Counted from the stretch's first letter, positions 11,382 to 21,725 are shown. The stretch: DNA of 64,000 nt from Candidatus Marinacidobacterales bacterium (GCA_965219415.1 CBDCNP010000002.1:4896001-4960000); one strand, 5' to 3'. The notes: generated from the letters alone by a model not told the origin. Numbers and translations: made by a program.

Positions 11382-11568
11382 GGATTGCACCATCGATACG
11401 AGTGGCGAGAGGCAGCCTGAGTCAGCTTGGTCGCTCGCGTTACTCGGCTGGTCGCCGAGAAGTTCCTCCTCAGCACCTTCCCTCGCGCGCTGACCACGCT
11501 CTCCAGCATGTGCTCGAGGGCGGTCCGGGCCCTAGAATCCAGTCCCGGATTAATAATGATGATGGACA
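11382..11568 (+). mobile_element. Element A right end only
   Basis: Near-identical to 10878-11064. Confidence 0.88.
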
Positions 11569-12289
11569 CGTTGGACTTCAGGAAGCTGCTTGGTGAGCGC
11601 CTTGAGCTCGTGCTCGATGCTAGCGCACTTGTCCTTGAGTTCTCGAATCTCGGAGCAGGCATCACGGAGATGCGAACGGAGCACGTCGGGCAAATCAGAA
11701 TCAGCGTCCTCGACGAGTTCGAAGAGGGCGGGCACGACGAAGTGAGCGCCCTTTGGGATGATGAATCCGAGTTCGCGCAGGAGCCCGCGTACGGCATTGA
11801 TGCGTGCGGTCCGTGTGGAGAGCCATCCTGAGCGCAGGCGATGGAGCGCAGCGAGGGTGTGCTGGTGCACGGACTTGATGGGTACGGGAAGAAGCTCCTC
11901 GTTCCTGTAGGCCTCGAGCAACGCCTTCGTGTCGGCGCGGTCGTTCTTGCTCCCGCGTCGATACGGCCTCACGAGGTGAGGTGGGAGCAGGACGACGTCG
12001 TGTCCCAACCTTCGGAACGTCCTTGCCCAGAAGTGAGCCGAGCCGCAGGCTTCGAGAAGCACGGTGGCAGCGCTCTGTTTGGCAAAGAACGACACCAATT
12101 TGGGTCGACTCACACGGAGTCGCTTGGACACCTTCCCCGCTTCTCCCGAGATGGCAATCTCGAAGACGTTCTTTGCAAGATCCACAGCGATCGTCGTATC
12201 TTTCATTCGGACTCCTCCTTTTCGATGCGTATTCGACTGACTTTGGCACATCGATGCCGTCTATGTCAGCGGAGGAGTCCATTCCATCA
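11569..12289 (-). mobile_element. IS110-family (IS1111 group) element, left end plus truncated DEDD transposase (ATG at 12206)
   Basis: MKDTTIAVDLAKNVF, LEACGSAHFW, KNDRAD; left end TGATGGA followed by sub-terminal ATGGACTCCTCC; cut by the A right end. Confidence 0.88.
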
Positions 12290-12378
12290 CTTGATGGCGG
12301 AAGCACCCCGTTGCTACTACAACTTCGTCCGACCGCACGGAGCTCTGAAGTTCCGACGTGAGACCCGAACTCCGGTAT
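12290..12378 (+). mobile_element. IS1-family right-end tip and transposase fragment
   Basis: CTTGATGGCGGAAGCACC (12290-12307) followed by CYYNFVRPHGALKF. Confidence 0.8.
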
Positions 12379-12425
12379 GGCCGTGCCCCTTGCCGCACCT
12401 CCAAAAATGGAGGCAGGTTATGCCC

Positions 12426-14204
12426 TTAGGGCGAATACTCGAAGACGCGAACCCACCGCCGTTGTTGCCAAACCGGAGAGAAGTGTCGGTCTCTCTCAAG
12501 AAATTTGAAGTCGACATCCATCGTCTCATTGCCGTCCAGCCGCCCCCACGCGAAATGCGTGAGACCCCAGCGAGTGGCAGCAGTGCTTATCTTGGTCTTA
12601 CTCTTGGACTCTACGAACCAAAACTGCGCCTGCAAACGTTCCGCGAGGTCGGTGGGCGGGATGAGGGCACCTTCAACCAAGAGAACACGTCGACCGCTCA
12701 GCGCGGGAATCCAAGGTGAGTAACTGGGGCCGGTGACGAATACCGCATCCGAATCCGTCTCCGCTTTGACCCATGAGATCAGAGGACCGAATTGGGGTGC
12801 GATCGGTCGGATGCTTTCGACGTAGACAGGATCCATCAACATTGGCTGCCACCAATATGGAAAACACCACGGGAGAGATAACGCGACAAGAGCAGCGATG
12901 CCTACAACGTGAAGAGGGGAACTCCCTAGATACTTGCCCGGGAGCTCAACTCTGTCAAGCCTTTGTGCGAGCCAAATCAGTACGTCGTGGGCGCCGAGCG
13001 CACCTGCGATGGCTAGGGACAAGTTCAGAAGCGAGCCGGCCACTTGTATTCCAATGACCGAGCTTGCCGGAGGGGAAAGACCGGCACCGGTCCATGCGAT
13101 CAAGCCGGTCATCACCAAGCTACTAAAGAGAAGCTCTGCTCGTTTGCCGCTTCGCAGCATACGAATCAAAGAGATAAGAGCGAGGTAAAACAAAAGGCCC
13201 TTGTCCAGGGTGAGAGCTAGCAATTGATTGAAGGTGAAATACCACGTGCCCGCACTTGCCGGAACCAACGAGGGCTCGAAACGTGAAACCCACAGCGGGA
13301 AAAAGGCTATCGCAACCGCAAGGGACACCCCCGCGGCTCTTTTTGCGCGATGTCTCTTCCGTGAAACCAATAGCCAAACGATCACTGAGACTACCGCGAA
13401 CCCGGCAAGTCGAGCTTCCAGTCCTCCCAGCAAGCCCAAAACGACACCGGCGGCGAGAAAAGACGAAAGACGACGCGCCTCGCCTAAGAGCCGAAGCCAA
13501 ATCATCAACAACCCCAGCGCAAACGCCAAGTGCGGCTGCTGTCCGAAGACCTCCGGCCAGAGTGGTCCCGGACTTCTGAGAAAGCTAAGTCGTGTCGAGC
13601 TGAGAAACAAAGCAAAGAAAACCGAGAGTCCTCTCACGAGTCCTTGGGAATCGCCGGAAAGGGCTTTTGTCGACCAGAAGATCGTTCCCGCTAGAAACAC
13701 CATGCCGACCACCGCCAAATGCTCGTATATGAACAAAAGCCGGTCGGCGTCGAAACCGGAGGCGACCGCCAGCACCATACTCCAGAGGGGATAAGCATTC
13801 GGTTGTTTCACCATCCATCCGTCTGCCGTGGTCCCTCTCGCCGCCGTCACCATGGAGCTGGCGAGCGCGGCCAATCCGCGTTCCCCTTCAACCAGCCCGT
13901 AGGGACGGCCGAGCGGAACTTCCAGCAAGACGATCCAAGCGAAGCAGCCGAGCAGCACGGACCCGCAAAAGAGCCACCATCGACTCGGCCAGCGGACCAG
14001 CGCGACCGCCCAAGTTAGGAAGGCAGCGGAGAAAACGTATCGAAAAGTGATGAAGTAGTCGGCGAACGTTATCGCTGGACCGCCAGGCCACAGCTCGACG
14101 AGGTCGCTTAACATCGGCTCGTTAAGCGTAACATGGTGGAATTCGGATTGACCGGCGAACAGATCAGCACAGATAGAGGGAATTCTCCTGGAGGTGACGC
14201 GCAT
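12426..14204 (-). CDS. Polytopic membrane protein, GT-C / AftA-like (start uncertain)
   Basis: More than 10 hydrophobic segments; PLGRPYGL, PYWWQP.MDP and W.PALSGR motifs shared with 14472-16220. Confidence 0.65.
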   Translation of the reverse strand: MRVTSRRIPSICADLFAGQSEFHHVTLNEPMLSDLVELWPGGPAITFADYFITFRYVFSAAFLTWAVALVRWPSRWWLFCGSVLLGCFAWIVLLEVPLGRPYGLVEGERGLAALASSMVTAARGTTADGWMVKQPNAYPLWSMVLAVASGFDADRLLFIYEHLAVVGMVFLAGTIFWSTKALSGDSQGLVRGLSVFFALFLSSTRLSFLRSPGPLWPEVFGQQPHLAFALGLLMIWLRLLGEARRLSSFLAAGVVLGLLGGLEARLAGFAVVSVIVWLLVSRKRHRAKRAAGVSLAVAIAFFPLWVSRFEPSLVPASAGTWYFTFNQLLALTLDKGLLFYLALISLIRMLRSGKRAELLFSSLVMTGLIAWTGAGLSPPASSVIGIQVAGSLLNLSLAIAGALGAHDVLIWLAQRLDRVELPGKYLGSSPLHVVGIAALVALSLPWCFPYWWQPMLMDPVYVESIRPIAPQFGPLISWVKAETDSDAVFVTGPSYSPWIPALSGRRVLLVEGALIPPTDLAERLQAQFWFVESKSKTKISTAATRWGLTHFAWGRLDGNETMDVDFKFLERDRHFSPVWQQRRWVRVFEYSP

Positions 14205-14471
14205 TTGGGAACGAAGTAAAAACTTGGAGAAACCACTTCGCCCACTTCATTGACGACACCTCTGCGGTCTAGTACAGTGGTGATAGACTGACGACGTGCG
14301 GGAGCACGGTGGATGCGCGACGCTTTAGACACTGTCACACTACCGCGACCCTCTTATGAATATAGTTTGGGCCTAGCAGCACGGCACAGGGAGTCGGTTG
14401 AACAATCCCTCGGATCGCACTCGGAGCCATTGAGTTCATTCGTAGACTCTGTGAAGCCCTAGGGTTTCCTT

Positions 14472-16220
14472 ATGCCTGAACAGCATTTAGTGTCTTTCTT
14501 TGCGCTGACGCGCATTACCTATCTTGTTCTCGCATTTCTCTTCGTGCTTGCCCTGGCTCGTTTGAAGAGTCCTTGGGTCGGGTTGGTCGGGGTTGCGCTT
14601 CTTTTCTTTATCGGCTGGCTAGCCTCAAACTATCCATTGGAGCGGTTGTATGGTTTGTTCCTCCCTGGTGACCGATTAAGGAATCTCTCCTGGACTATGA
14701 CGGCGGCGGCCGGTAACTCTCTTTTGTCTACCGGCATCATTGGCCAACAAATTAATTTTGATCCAGCGTGGGCCAGCCTTGTAGCTGCCTTGTCCTTTGG
14801 AAGTCCTGACCGTGTTCTTTCGCTCTATCCGTACCTGTCGGCCGGTGTGATGCTGTCGTTGATGCTATCGCTATTCTACCACTTCAAACCCCGCACCTCT
14901 AGCTACCCAGCCACCGAAGCTGGCGATTGGTCATACCTCCGGCCAGTGTCAGTGGTTTTTTTCGTCTCCCTACTCGCCACCGCTCCGCTCGACTATCTCG
15001 GACCTTATCGGGGCTATTGGACGAAAATGTTTCTTCTAAAGCCCAACCATGCTCTTGCTCTGGTTCCGCTAACCTTTGCGGTTGGACAGTTAGCGAAAAC
15101 GACACGACGGAGCATTCTGTTGGGTGGCCTCTTGCTCGGTCTGGTCGGCTGGGCGTTTATTGTCCACTGGGCGCTCATCTGCTTCGGTCTATTCGTATAT
15201 CTTCTCGTGATCTTGAATAAAAGTCGACCAAAGCTCGGAAGGGTCGGAAGGGAGGGACTGCGAATAGCCGCCATTGTTATGCTGAGTTCGGCGGTCGTTG
15301 CTCCTTGGTTCATGCGGCTCGCAACTGACTTTCCTCGAGCAGTTAGTTTGAGCTCAGCGTCTGGGCCGGAGATCGGTCGCGTAGCAGTTGGGGAGCACTT
15401 ATACCAAGGAAGTAACTCTCTCCTTTTTTTAGCGACTTTGGATCAAGGACTGGTCTTCTACCTTGGGGTCATCGGGGTAATCGCTTGGTTTCGAAGCCGT
15501 GAGCGCCGCGATCACTTTTGGGCCTCATTGGTGATAGGCTCCTACGGGGTCATGCTGGGAAACTACCTGCTTTATCTCATGGGCAGGGCACGGGGTGACG
15601 AACTTTACTATTTCCTATTGTTCGGGTTAGCTCGACCTGCGCATGAGGGCAGATTCCTACAGGCATGGGACGAACTTTACTATTTCACATTGTTCGTGTT
15701 GTCGGTGGCAGCGGGAAACGGTTTCTGGCAGTGTCTCATTTCCGCCAGACGCTGGTTGCCTAATGAGCGTATCGTGGCGGTCGCTTTTGTCGGACTGATA
15801 CCACTTGGTTTTCCATATTGGTGGAATCCAATGATCATGGATGGCCATTTCCGGCGCACGCTGGAGCCCATTCCGAAATCGGTCGTCGAAATGACCGATT
15901 GGATTCGAGCTGAGACCAGCGGGCTTGACGTTTTCGCAGCTTCCGCGGACCCAACGCATTGGTTTCCCGCGCTAACCGGCCGTCAAACACTCCAGGAGAA
16001 CGAGAGCGTCAGAGTTCTCCGGGGTATTCTAGCCGGGGAGATCCGACCCGATCAGGACGGTCGGCTACCCCACCGGTTATCTTACGTTGCGATGGATCGA
16101 CAGCTAGCACGGTCCGTCAACATTCATCCTGACGATCTCCAAGATCGACCGGGTTTCGAGCTTGCCACGCGAGTCGGCCAAATTAGATTATACCGTTTGG
16201 TTCCGGACCAACTGGAGTAA
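14472..16220 (+). CDS. Polytopic membrane protein, GT-C / AftA-like; paralogue of the divergent gene
   Basis: YPLERLYGL...GDRLRN, PYWWNP.MD and WFPALTGR motifs; soluble C-terminal domain. Confidence 0.7.
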   Translation: MPEQHLVSFFALTRITYLVLAFLFVLALARLKSPWVGLVGVALLFFIGWLASNYPLERLYGLFLPGDRLRNLSWTMTAAAGNSLLSTGIIGQQINFDPAWASLVAALSFGSPDRVLSLYPYLSAGVMLSLMLSLFYHFKPRTSSYPATEAGDWSYLRPVSVVFFVSLLATAPLDYLGPYRGYWTKMFLLKPNHALALVPLTFAVGQLAKTTRRSILLGGLLLGLVGWAFIVHWALICFGLFVYLLVILNKSRPKLGRVGREGLRIAAIVMLSSAVVAPWFMRLATDFPRAVSLSSASGPEIGRVAVGEHLYQGSNSLLFLATLDQGLVFYLGVIGVIAWFRSRERRDHFWASLVIGSYGVMLGNYLLYLMGRARGDELYYFLLFGLARPAHEGRFLQAWDELYYFTLFVLSVAAGNGFWQCLISARRWLPNERIVAVAFVGLIPLGFPYWWNPMIMDGHFRRTLEPIPKSVVEMTDWIRAETSGLDVFAASADPTHWFPALTGRQTLQENESVRVLRGILAGEIRPDQDGRLPHRLSYVAMDRQLARSVNIHPDDLQDRPGFELATRVGQIRLYRLVPDQLE

Positions 16221-16358
16221 GTAATAGAGCGACAAAGAGAATACATGCGGCTCTGAAGCACGTGCGCCTTGCCGAGTTCGCACCGACGCTAATGGAACTC
16301 CGGCGGGTGATTCGGCTTACTGGCGTCTGTTCGCACTGGGTAGATTTACGGGACCATC

Positions 16359-17557
16359 GGTGCTTCCGCAATTAAGTGTTGCGGCCAGCCCCTAACTGGT
16401 CTGCGTGCTAGAGTTTGGACCAGAATTCCGAAGACACAGTTCTTTCATCGTCAGGGCCGAGCCAAAGTGAAGAATAGCAGATGTCTCAATCTCGCATGTC
16501 CGTTGCGGGGCAAAGTCAGTTCCGGAAACATCGTTCGCCACGGATTCTACAGAACCAGGTCCGGGAAACGCCGTCGATACCGGTGCGGCGAGTGCGGAAA
16601 GACGTTCTCCTCGACGAAAGGCACGCCCTACTACCGTCTCCAACATCGAAGAGCTACTTTCGATGGGGTCATCGCTCTCAGAGTCGAGGGTGTCAGCATT
16701 TCCGCGATTTCCCGGATCAAAGGGATTGCCTGGAACACCGTCGCCCGCTGGCTCGAGAAGGCAGCCCAAGTGTGTCGTCGATTCAATCACAGAAGGATCG
16801 CTGGCTTCGCTGCCGAAGAGCTTCAAGCCGACGAGATTCGCACGTTCGCGGGCAACAAGAAGACACCGAGTTGGGTCTTCGTTACAATCGAAGTCTGGTC
16901 TCGGCTCTGGCCATCGACGGTGACGGGAAGGCGAAGCTACCGGAACACTCACGCTCTGTTTCGCGACCTTTCGAGACGGATGAATTTCGAGCGTCTTCCC
17001 TTGCTCGTCACGGATGGATTCGAATTCTACCAGAAGGTCATCCGTCGCTTCTTCGGTCCAGCGTGTCTCTACGGTCAGGTCCTAAAAACGCGCAGGAACG
17101 ATCGCATCATCAAGGTCGAACGCAGAGCGCTGCACGGAGCCGCGTGGCGGTTCGAAGACGCGCTCAATAACTCCGAGGACTCCTCGACATTGAACACCTC
17201 GTTCATCGAGCGGTTGAATCTGACCATCCGGCAAAGCTCGGCATACCTTTCGAGACGAACACTTTCCCACGCTCGCTCGACAGAGAGGCTCGATGAGCAC
17301 CTGGAGTTGCTCCGTTGCTATTACAACTTCGTCCGACCGCACGGAGCTCTGAAGTTCGGACGTGAGATCCGAACTCCGGCTATGCAGGCTGGTCTGACCA
17401 CGCGACGGCTCACCTTTCGAGACATCTTCTTGGCGATGACGATTCCTTTGTGGTCGCGGATCGAGGTTTTCCTGCTCAGTAGGGCGCGCAACCCGGTCTC
17501 TTCCGAACCTGTACCACTGCCCGCAGCCGCGTAGCAACACTTGATGGCGGAAGCACC
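16359..17557 (+). mobile_element. IS1-family element copy 1
   Basis: IRs GGTGCTTCCGCAATTAAGTGTTG and CAACACTTGATGGCGGAAGCACC; no TSD. Confidence 0.9.
16467..17534 (+). CDS. IS1 family single-ORF transposase (Zn ribbon, HTH, DDE)
   Basis: CLNLAC...RYRCGECGKTF, QADE, TDG, TSFIERLNLTIR, YYNFVRPH. Confidence 0.9.
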   Translation: MKNSRCLNLACPLRGKVSSGNIVRHGFYRTRSGKRRRYRCGECGKTFSSTKGTPYYRLQHRRATFDGVIALRVEGVSISAISRIKGIAWNTVARWLEKAAQVCRRFNHRRIAGFAAEELQADEIRTFAGNKKTPSWVFVTIEVWSRLWPSTVTGRRSYRNTHALFRDLSRRMNFERLPLLVTDGFEFYQKVIRRFFGPACLYGQVLKTRRNDRIIKVERRALHGAAWRFEDALNNSEDSSTLNTSFIERLNLTIRQSSAYLSRRTLSHARSTERLDEHLELLRCYYNFVRPHGALKFGREIRTPAMQAGLTTRRLTFRDIFLAMTIPLWSRIEVFLLSRARNPVSSEPVPLPAAA

Positions 17558-18263
17558 GGATCTTCCACCCTTGCCGTCGCCGCCTCCAGCATCGCCCTTC
17601 GGGGAATTCTTCAGCATCAATCACAATCGGGTCGCCGTTTACAAAGAGAAGCGCGCTCGACTCAATGCTGTCCTCGAAGAGCACGGCTTCCGCTATTTTA
17701 GGGGCGGACGAATTATCCCAAAGGATGAGATTCCGCGGGATCCGATGCGAAAGACCGCGAATACATCCGCACAACTCCACAGCCCATCGAGCGTTGAAGA
17801 ACTACTACAGACGCTACTTAAAGGTTTGCCGCGAGCGATGTACCCCCTTGGGCATCGACGTAGAGGCGCAAAATCTTTGACCTTCGAGTCTGAGTATGAC
17901 ATTCAGGATTTGATCCATTCTCAGCTTCGCCCATGGGTCTCCGATATTCGACCTGAGGAATTCACTCCTAGCTACGCAGGATCATCAACTCGGATGGATT
18001 TCTTGTTGCCTGACCACAAGCTTGTCATCGAGATCAAGCGAGTCCGTGACAAGACACACGCATCGAAAGTAGGCGATGAACTCATAGTAGACATAGAGCA
18101 CTATCGCCAGCACCAGTACTGCGACCGGCTGTGGTGTGCGGTTTATGACCCGGATCTGCTAATCAAGAACCCAGCGGGTATGATCTCGGATCTTGAAGGT
18201 AAGCGGTCTACACCTGGTGGGTCTGTTTCTGTCCACGTGCTGGTGATCCCAAGGGTAGCCTGA
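17558..18263 (+). pseudogene. PD-(D/E)xK nuclease of the DpnII/MboI-like REase type, 5'-truncated by IS1
   Basis: EYDIQDL...IRPEE.TPSYAGSSTRMDFLL...IEIK...ELIVDIEHY...VYDP; the apparent start lies inside the IS1 IR. Confidence 0.72.
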
Positions 18264-18438
18264 AGCCCTCAAAGCAGTCCCTATTAGGAAGCCGCACCCG
18301 TGCCGACGAACGTCCCGAATCGCGATTCTTCCAGACTGCTCGACTTGGTCAGGTCGATCTTCCGCGACGCGGTGATTGCCGCTGGAGGCCGTGTCCAAAG
18401 CTGACAGAGATGGGTATCCGGCCGGCGCGATATTTGGT

Positions 18439-19693
18439 TGTGCCTTCTATTTATTTATCTGCGCGCACCAAACTTGATTAATCTCCGGTCTGCCAGCACC
18501 ATGCCGGCATGATTTCGTCGTTGGTTCCCGCTCTCATCTCCGCCTTCAAGGCTCGTCGCGAGCTGGCTCTCGAGAATGTCGCTCTTCGGCAGCAGCTCGC
18601 CGTCCTCCGCCGTTCCGTGAAACGGCCACGGCTCTCGAATGTCGACCGCGTGTTTTGGGTGCTGTTGCGCAGAATCTGGACTGACTGGGAGAGCGTCCAC
18701 GTCATCGTGAAACCTGAGACGGTCATCCGCTGGCACCGTTGTGGGTTCAGACGATATTGGACTTGGAAGAGCCGACGGCGTAGGCCCGGACGACCAGGCG
18801 TCGCTCCCCGAAATACGTGAGCTGATACGGAACATGAGCAGGGCCAACCCTCTCTGGGGAGCTCCCCGCGTGCATGGCGAGCTGGCGAAGCTAGGCATCT
18901 CCATTTCCCAGGCCGCCGTCTCCAAGTATAGGGTTCGCCATCGCACCCCACCGTCCCATACTTGGCGGAGCTTTCTCGATAATCATGCAAACGACTTGGT
19001 GTCGCTCGACTTTTTCACTTTGCCGACTGCAACCTTCAGAGTTCTGTTCGTCTTCATCGTCCTTCGCCACGACCGTCGCCGTATCGTTCATTTCAATGTC
19101 ACCGAACATCCTTCTGCCGAGTGGACGGCGCAGCAAATGGTCGATGCTTTTCCATGGGACACGGCGCCTCGGTACTTGGTACGGGATCGAGACCAGACCT
19201 ACGGAGCGTACTTCGATACTCGCGTCGACGGTCTCGGGATCGAGCAGGTCCTTACCGCACCGCGCTCCCCGTGGCAGAATCCATTTGTCGAAAGGATGAT
19301 CGGCTCCATTCGACGTGAGTGTCTCGACCACGTGATCGTCCTTGATGAGCGGCACCTGAAGCGAATCCTACGCGAATACGTCGACTACTATCATTCGTGC
19401 CGGACTCATTTGTCGCTTGAGAAGGACGCGCCCGAGCCTCGCCGGGTAGAGTCACCGGCGATGGGCAAAGTGAGAGCCATTCCAAAGGTCGGTGGTCTCC
19501 TTCATTATTACACTCGACGCGCTGCTTGAGTCCGATCCGCTCGGAACGACTGCCGGACTTCGCACCAGCTTACACCTCTACCCCTGAGTAGAGCCGACGC
19601 CGGCTCTTAAAACGTCCTACATGAAGACGACCAAAGCATTCCGGTTGCAGGAAGTTCGCCAATCTCATACAGCTCGAGTTTATGGAAGGGACA
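18439..19693 (+). mobile_element. Element B, full length
   Basis: Ends TGTGCCTTCTATTTA and TTTATGGAAGGGACA; no TSD. Confidence 0.88.
18509..19529 (+). pseudogene. Element B rve transposase with a +1 frameshift near 18808
   Basis: LALENVALRQQL...PGRPGVAP, then EIRELIRNMSRANPLWGAPRVHGEL...SPWQNPFVER in another frame; CCCC at the break. Confidence 0.85.
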
Positions 19694-19870
19694 AGCTGTT
19701 CGCCGGCCTCCTCGATGCTTCGACCGATAGCCGGGGCGAGCGCTTCCCATTTGGTAACGAACTCGGCATAGGCCCGGCGTGCTTCGATGCCGTCCTTCGC
19801 GCAAACGATCCGGTTGTAGTCACGCTTGAGCTCTCGTCTCGCATGAGCGGAGCAATGCTCGAGGAGAGGT
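19694..19870 (-). pseudogene. IS256-family transposase fragment
   Basis: HARRELKRDYNRIV...EARRAYAEFVTKW...SIEEAGEQL. Confidence 0.65.
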
Positions 19871-20019
19871 TGGCGCTCTTGTGCTGAACGCAGCGTTGGA
19901 GAAGGGCGGTAGGGTCGAGGGCTGGCGCGGTGCTCCGTAGGCACGGCCTATCTGTTTCTCCCCGTTTCGTGTGGGAGTGGCTCACTAGCCGCACCGTAAG
20001 TCCGTTTCCAGCCCCCGCC

Positions 20020-20065
20020 CGTCGTGTCCAAAAACACAAATATGTTTGTTTTTTTGGACACAACG
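20020..20065. repeat. 46-bp imperfect palindrome (minimal MITE or recombination site)
   Basis: 21-bp arms (19/21 complementary) around TATG; the left arm recurs exactly at 35704-35724 and in its duplicate near 58096. Confidence 0.75.
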
Positions 20066-20089
20066 GGGTACGGTGAACCAGGAGGGTTT

Positions 20090-20431
20090 ATGGTGAAAAA
20101 GATTGGAGGGGAAGCGAGAGCCTTGAGAGAGTACAGGTCGGCGCGAATGGCCGACCGGGTACACGCGATCTATGTGCTTGAGGACGATAACGAGAATGCG
20201 GTGTTCGACGCAGAGCTCATCAGCGGCATTAGTAGTGAGCCACCGTGGTATGACTGGAAAATCAAAGCGACCGTTGTCAGCGGCGGGAAGTTACTCGAGG
20301 AGAACAACGGTAAGTTCGTGCTGAGATTCGCGCATGATTCGTACACGGCCCAGCAATTGCTGAACGGAAAGGCTCGTGAATTTGAGGCGCTTGGAATCAA
20401 GGTTCGGTTGGTCGATAAAGAGAGGGTTTGA
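20090..20431 (+). CDS. Hypothetical protein (113 aa)
   Basis: GGAGG RBS before ATG 20090; protein-like composition; no family recognised. Confidence 0.6.
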   Translation: MVKKIGGEARALREYRSARMADRVHAIYVLEDDNENAVFDAELISGISSEPPWYDWKIKATVVSGGKLLEENNGKFVLRFAHDSYTAQQLLNGKAREFEALGIKVRLVDKERV

Positions 20432-20448
20432 CAAAGTAGTTTCCTACC

Positions 20449-20777
20449 TGTGTCTTCTATTTGTTCATCCGCGTGACCTGCTCCCCGAAAACTGGTTCAA
20501 ATACGATCCCGACTTGACGCCGCTGGACCTCCAACGAGGAAATGTTGAATGCTACCGAACGTGATCAGCGACATCACGAAGAGCCTGTGCCTTCTATTTA
20601 TTCATCCGCGCGCCTCGAACTTGATTAGCCTCCGGTCTGTCGGCACCATGCCGGCATTCGTATTTTTTAACACGACGCAGTACCATCGATTCGATCAGAC
20701 ACAGCAGCTGACGGCAAAACGTCCTGATACGATTGCCCATGCAGGCCATGACCCGAGTATTTCTGCACAACAAGGCC
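20449..20777 (+). mobile_element. Two element B left ends (20449, 20586) and a possible IS5-like IR at 20765-20777
   Basis: TGTGTCTTCTATTTGTTCATCC and TGTGCCTTCTATTTATTCATCC; GCACAACAAGGCC. Confidence 0.65.
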
Positions 20778-20783
20778 AAACCC

Positions 20784-21440
20784 ATGACTGAAACGTTCAA
20801 AAAACAACTGGAGGCAGTTATTGCCGAATATGAGTCGGCGCTTTCACAATCAGTCCATAATGATGCGTCCGACGTGCTCTCCCGAACCCAAGTTACGGAT
20901 TTACAAACGCGTTGTATTGCGGCGATTGAGAGAATTGTAGGTCGAAACTCTCCTTACTTTAGACAGATAAAGGCAATTGGTACGGGAAAAACCCATATAT
21001 GGAATCAGGTGGCGAGCCTGATAGGCGTTGCAAAGGCATTGCTTTCCGACATCCAGAATGACTACCTAAGTTCCTTTGAAGAAATCTTACACGGTGATAT
21101 GTTCAGCGATTTCTTGGAGATGGCCGTTCATCTCGTAGAAAAAGGATACAAAGATGCAGCCGCCGTTTTGGCAGGTAGCACCCTGGAAGTTCACATTAGG
21201 AAACTATGCGACAAGTATGGTGTGACAACTACATCGGGCAAAAATACGAAGAATGCCGACACGTTAAATGCCGATCTTGTAAAGGCGGGTGCGTATACAA
21301 AACTTGATCAGAAAAACGTAACAGCCTGGCTTGGATTACGCAACAATGCGGCTCACGGGAATTATTCCGAATACACCATGGATCAGGTAAAACTTTTCAT
21401 TGACAGCATACGGAACTTCATCACCCGATATCCTGCGTGA
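20784..21440 (+). CDS. HEPN-domain (DUF4145-like) protein
   Basis: DFLEMA.HL...DAAAVLAGSTLE.HIR and the Rx4H motif RNNAAH; AT-richer than flanks. Confidence 0.78.
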   Translation: MTETFKKQLEAVIAEYESALSQSVHNDASDVLSRTQVTDLQTRCIAAIERIVGRNSPYFRQIKAIGTGKTHIWNQVASLIGVAKALLSDIQNDYLSSFEEILHGDMFSDFLEMAVHLVEKGYKDAAAVLAGSTLEVHIRKLCDKYGVTTTSGKNTKNADTLNADLVKAGAYTKLDQKNVTAWLGLRNNAAHGNYSEYTMDQVKLFIDSIRNFITRYPA

Positions 21441-21472
21441 TATTGCTGAGATTTAATCCATGAAGATCATCT

Positions 21473-21639
21473 GGTGCTTCCGCCATTAAGTGTTGATGAG
21501 ATGACGCTAAGACTTTACGGTGCATTAAATTACAGCCAAAATAGCGCCGCTGACCTTTGCTGCGCGCTAAATGGAGCTTTAAGCGCCTTTTTTGCAAAGG
21601 GGTGCGTACACAGTACCAACAGCGAACAGCGCAAGCACC
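21473..21639. mobile_element. IS1-type MITE (~167 bp)
   Basis: GGTGCTTCCGCC...GCGCAAGCACC; second full copy at 42663-42828. Confidence 0.82.
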
Positions 21640-21725
21640 GGGTCAACCGCCAGCAGCAGGATGTGATTGACTACCTTCGAAAGGAAAACCGTGTGCTCCG
21701 AGCCGGGCTTCGGGGCAATCTCAAG
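21640..21725 (+). pseudogene. Element C transposase fragment
   Basis: [25 protein letters not shown], matching about 37640-37717. Confidence 0.75.

Noticed and set aside
18800-18825. Programmed frameshift in the element B transposase
   Set aside because: No slippery heptamer at the break, and the related A transposase is one ORF; a single extra C explains it
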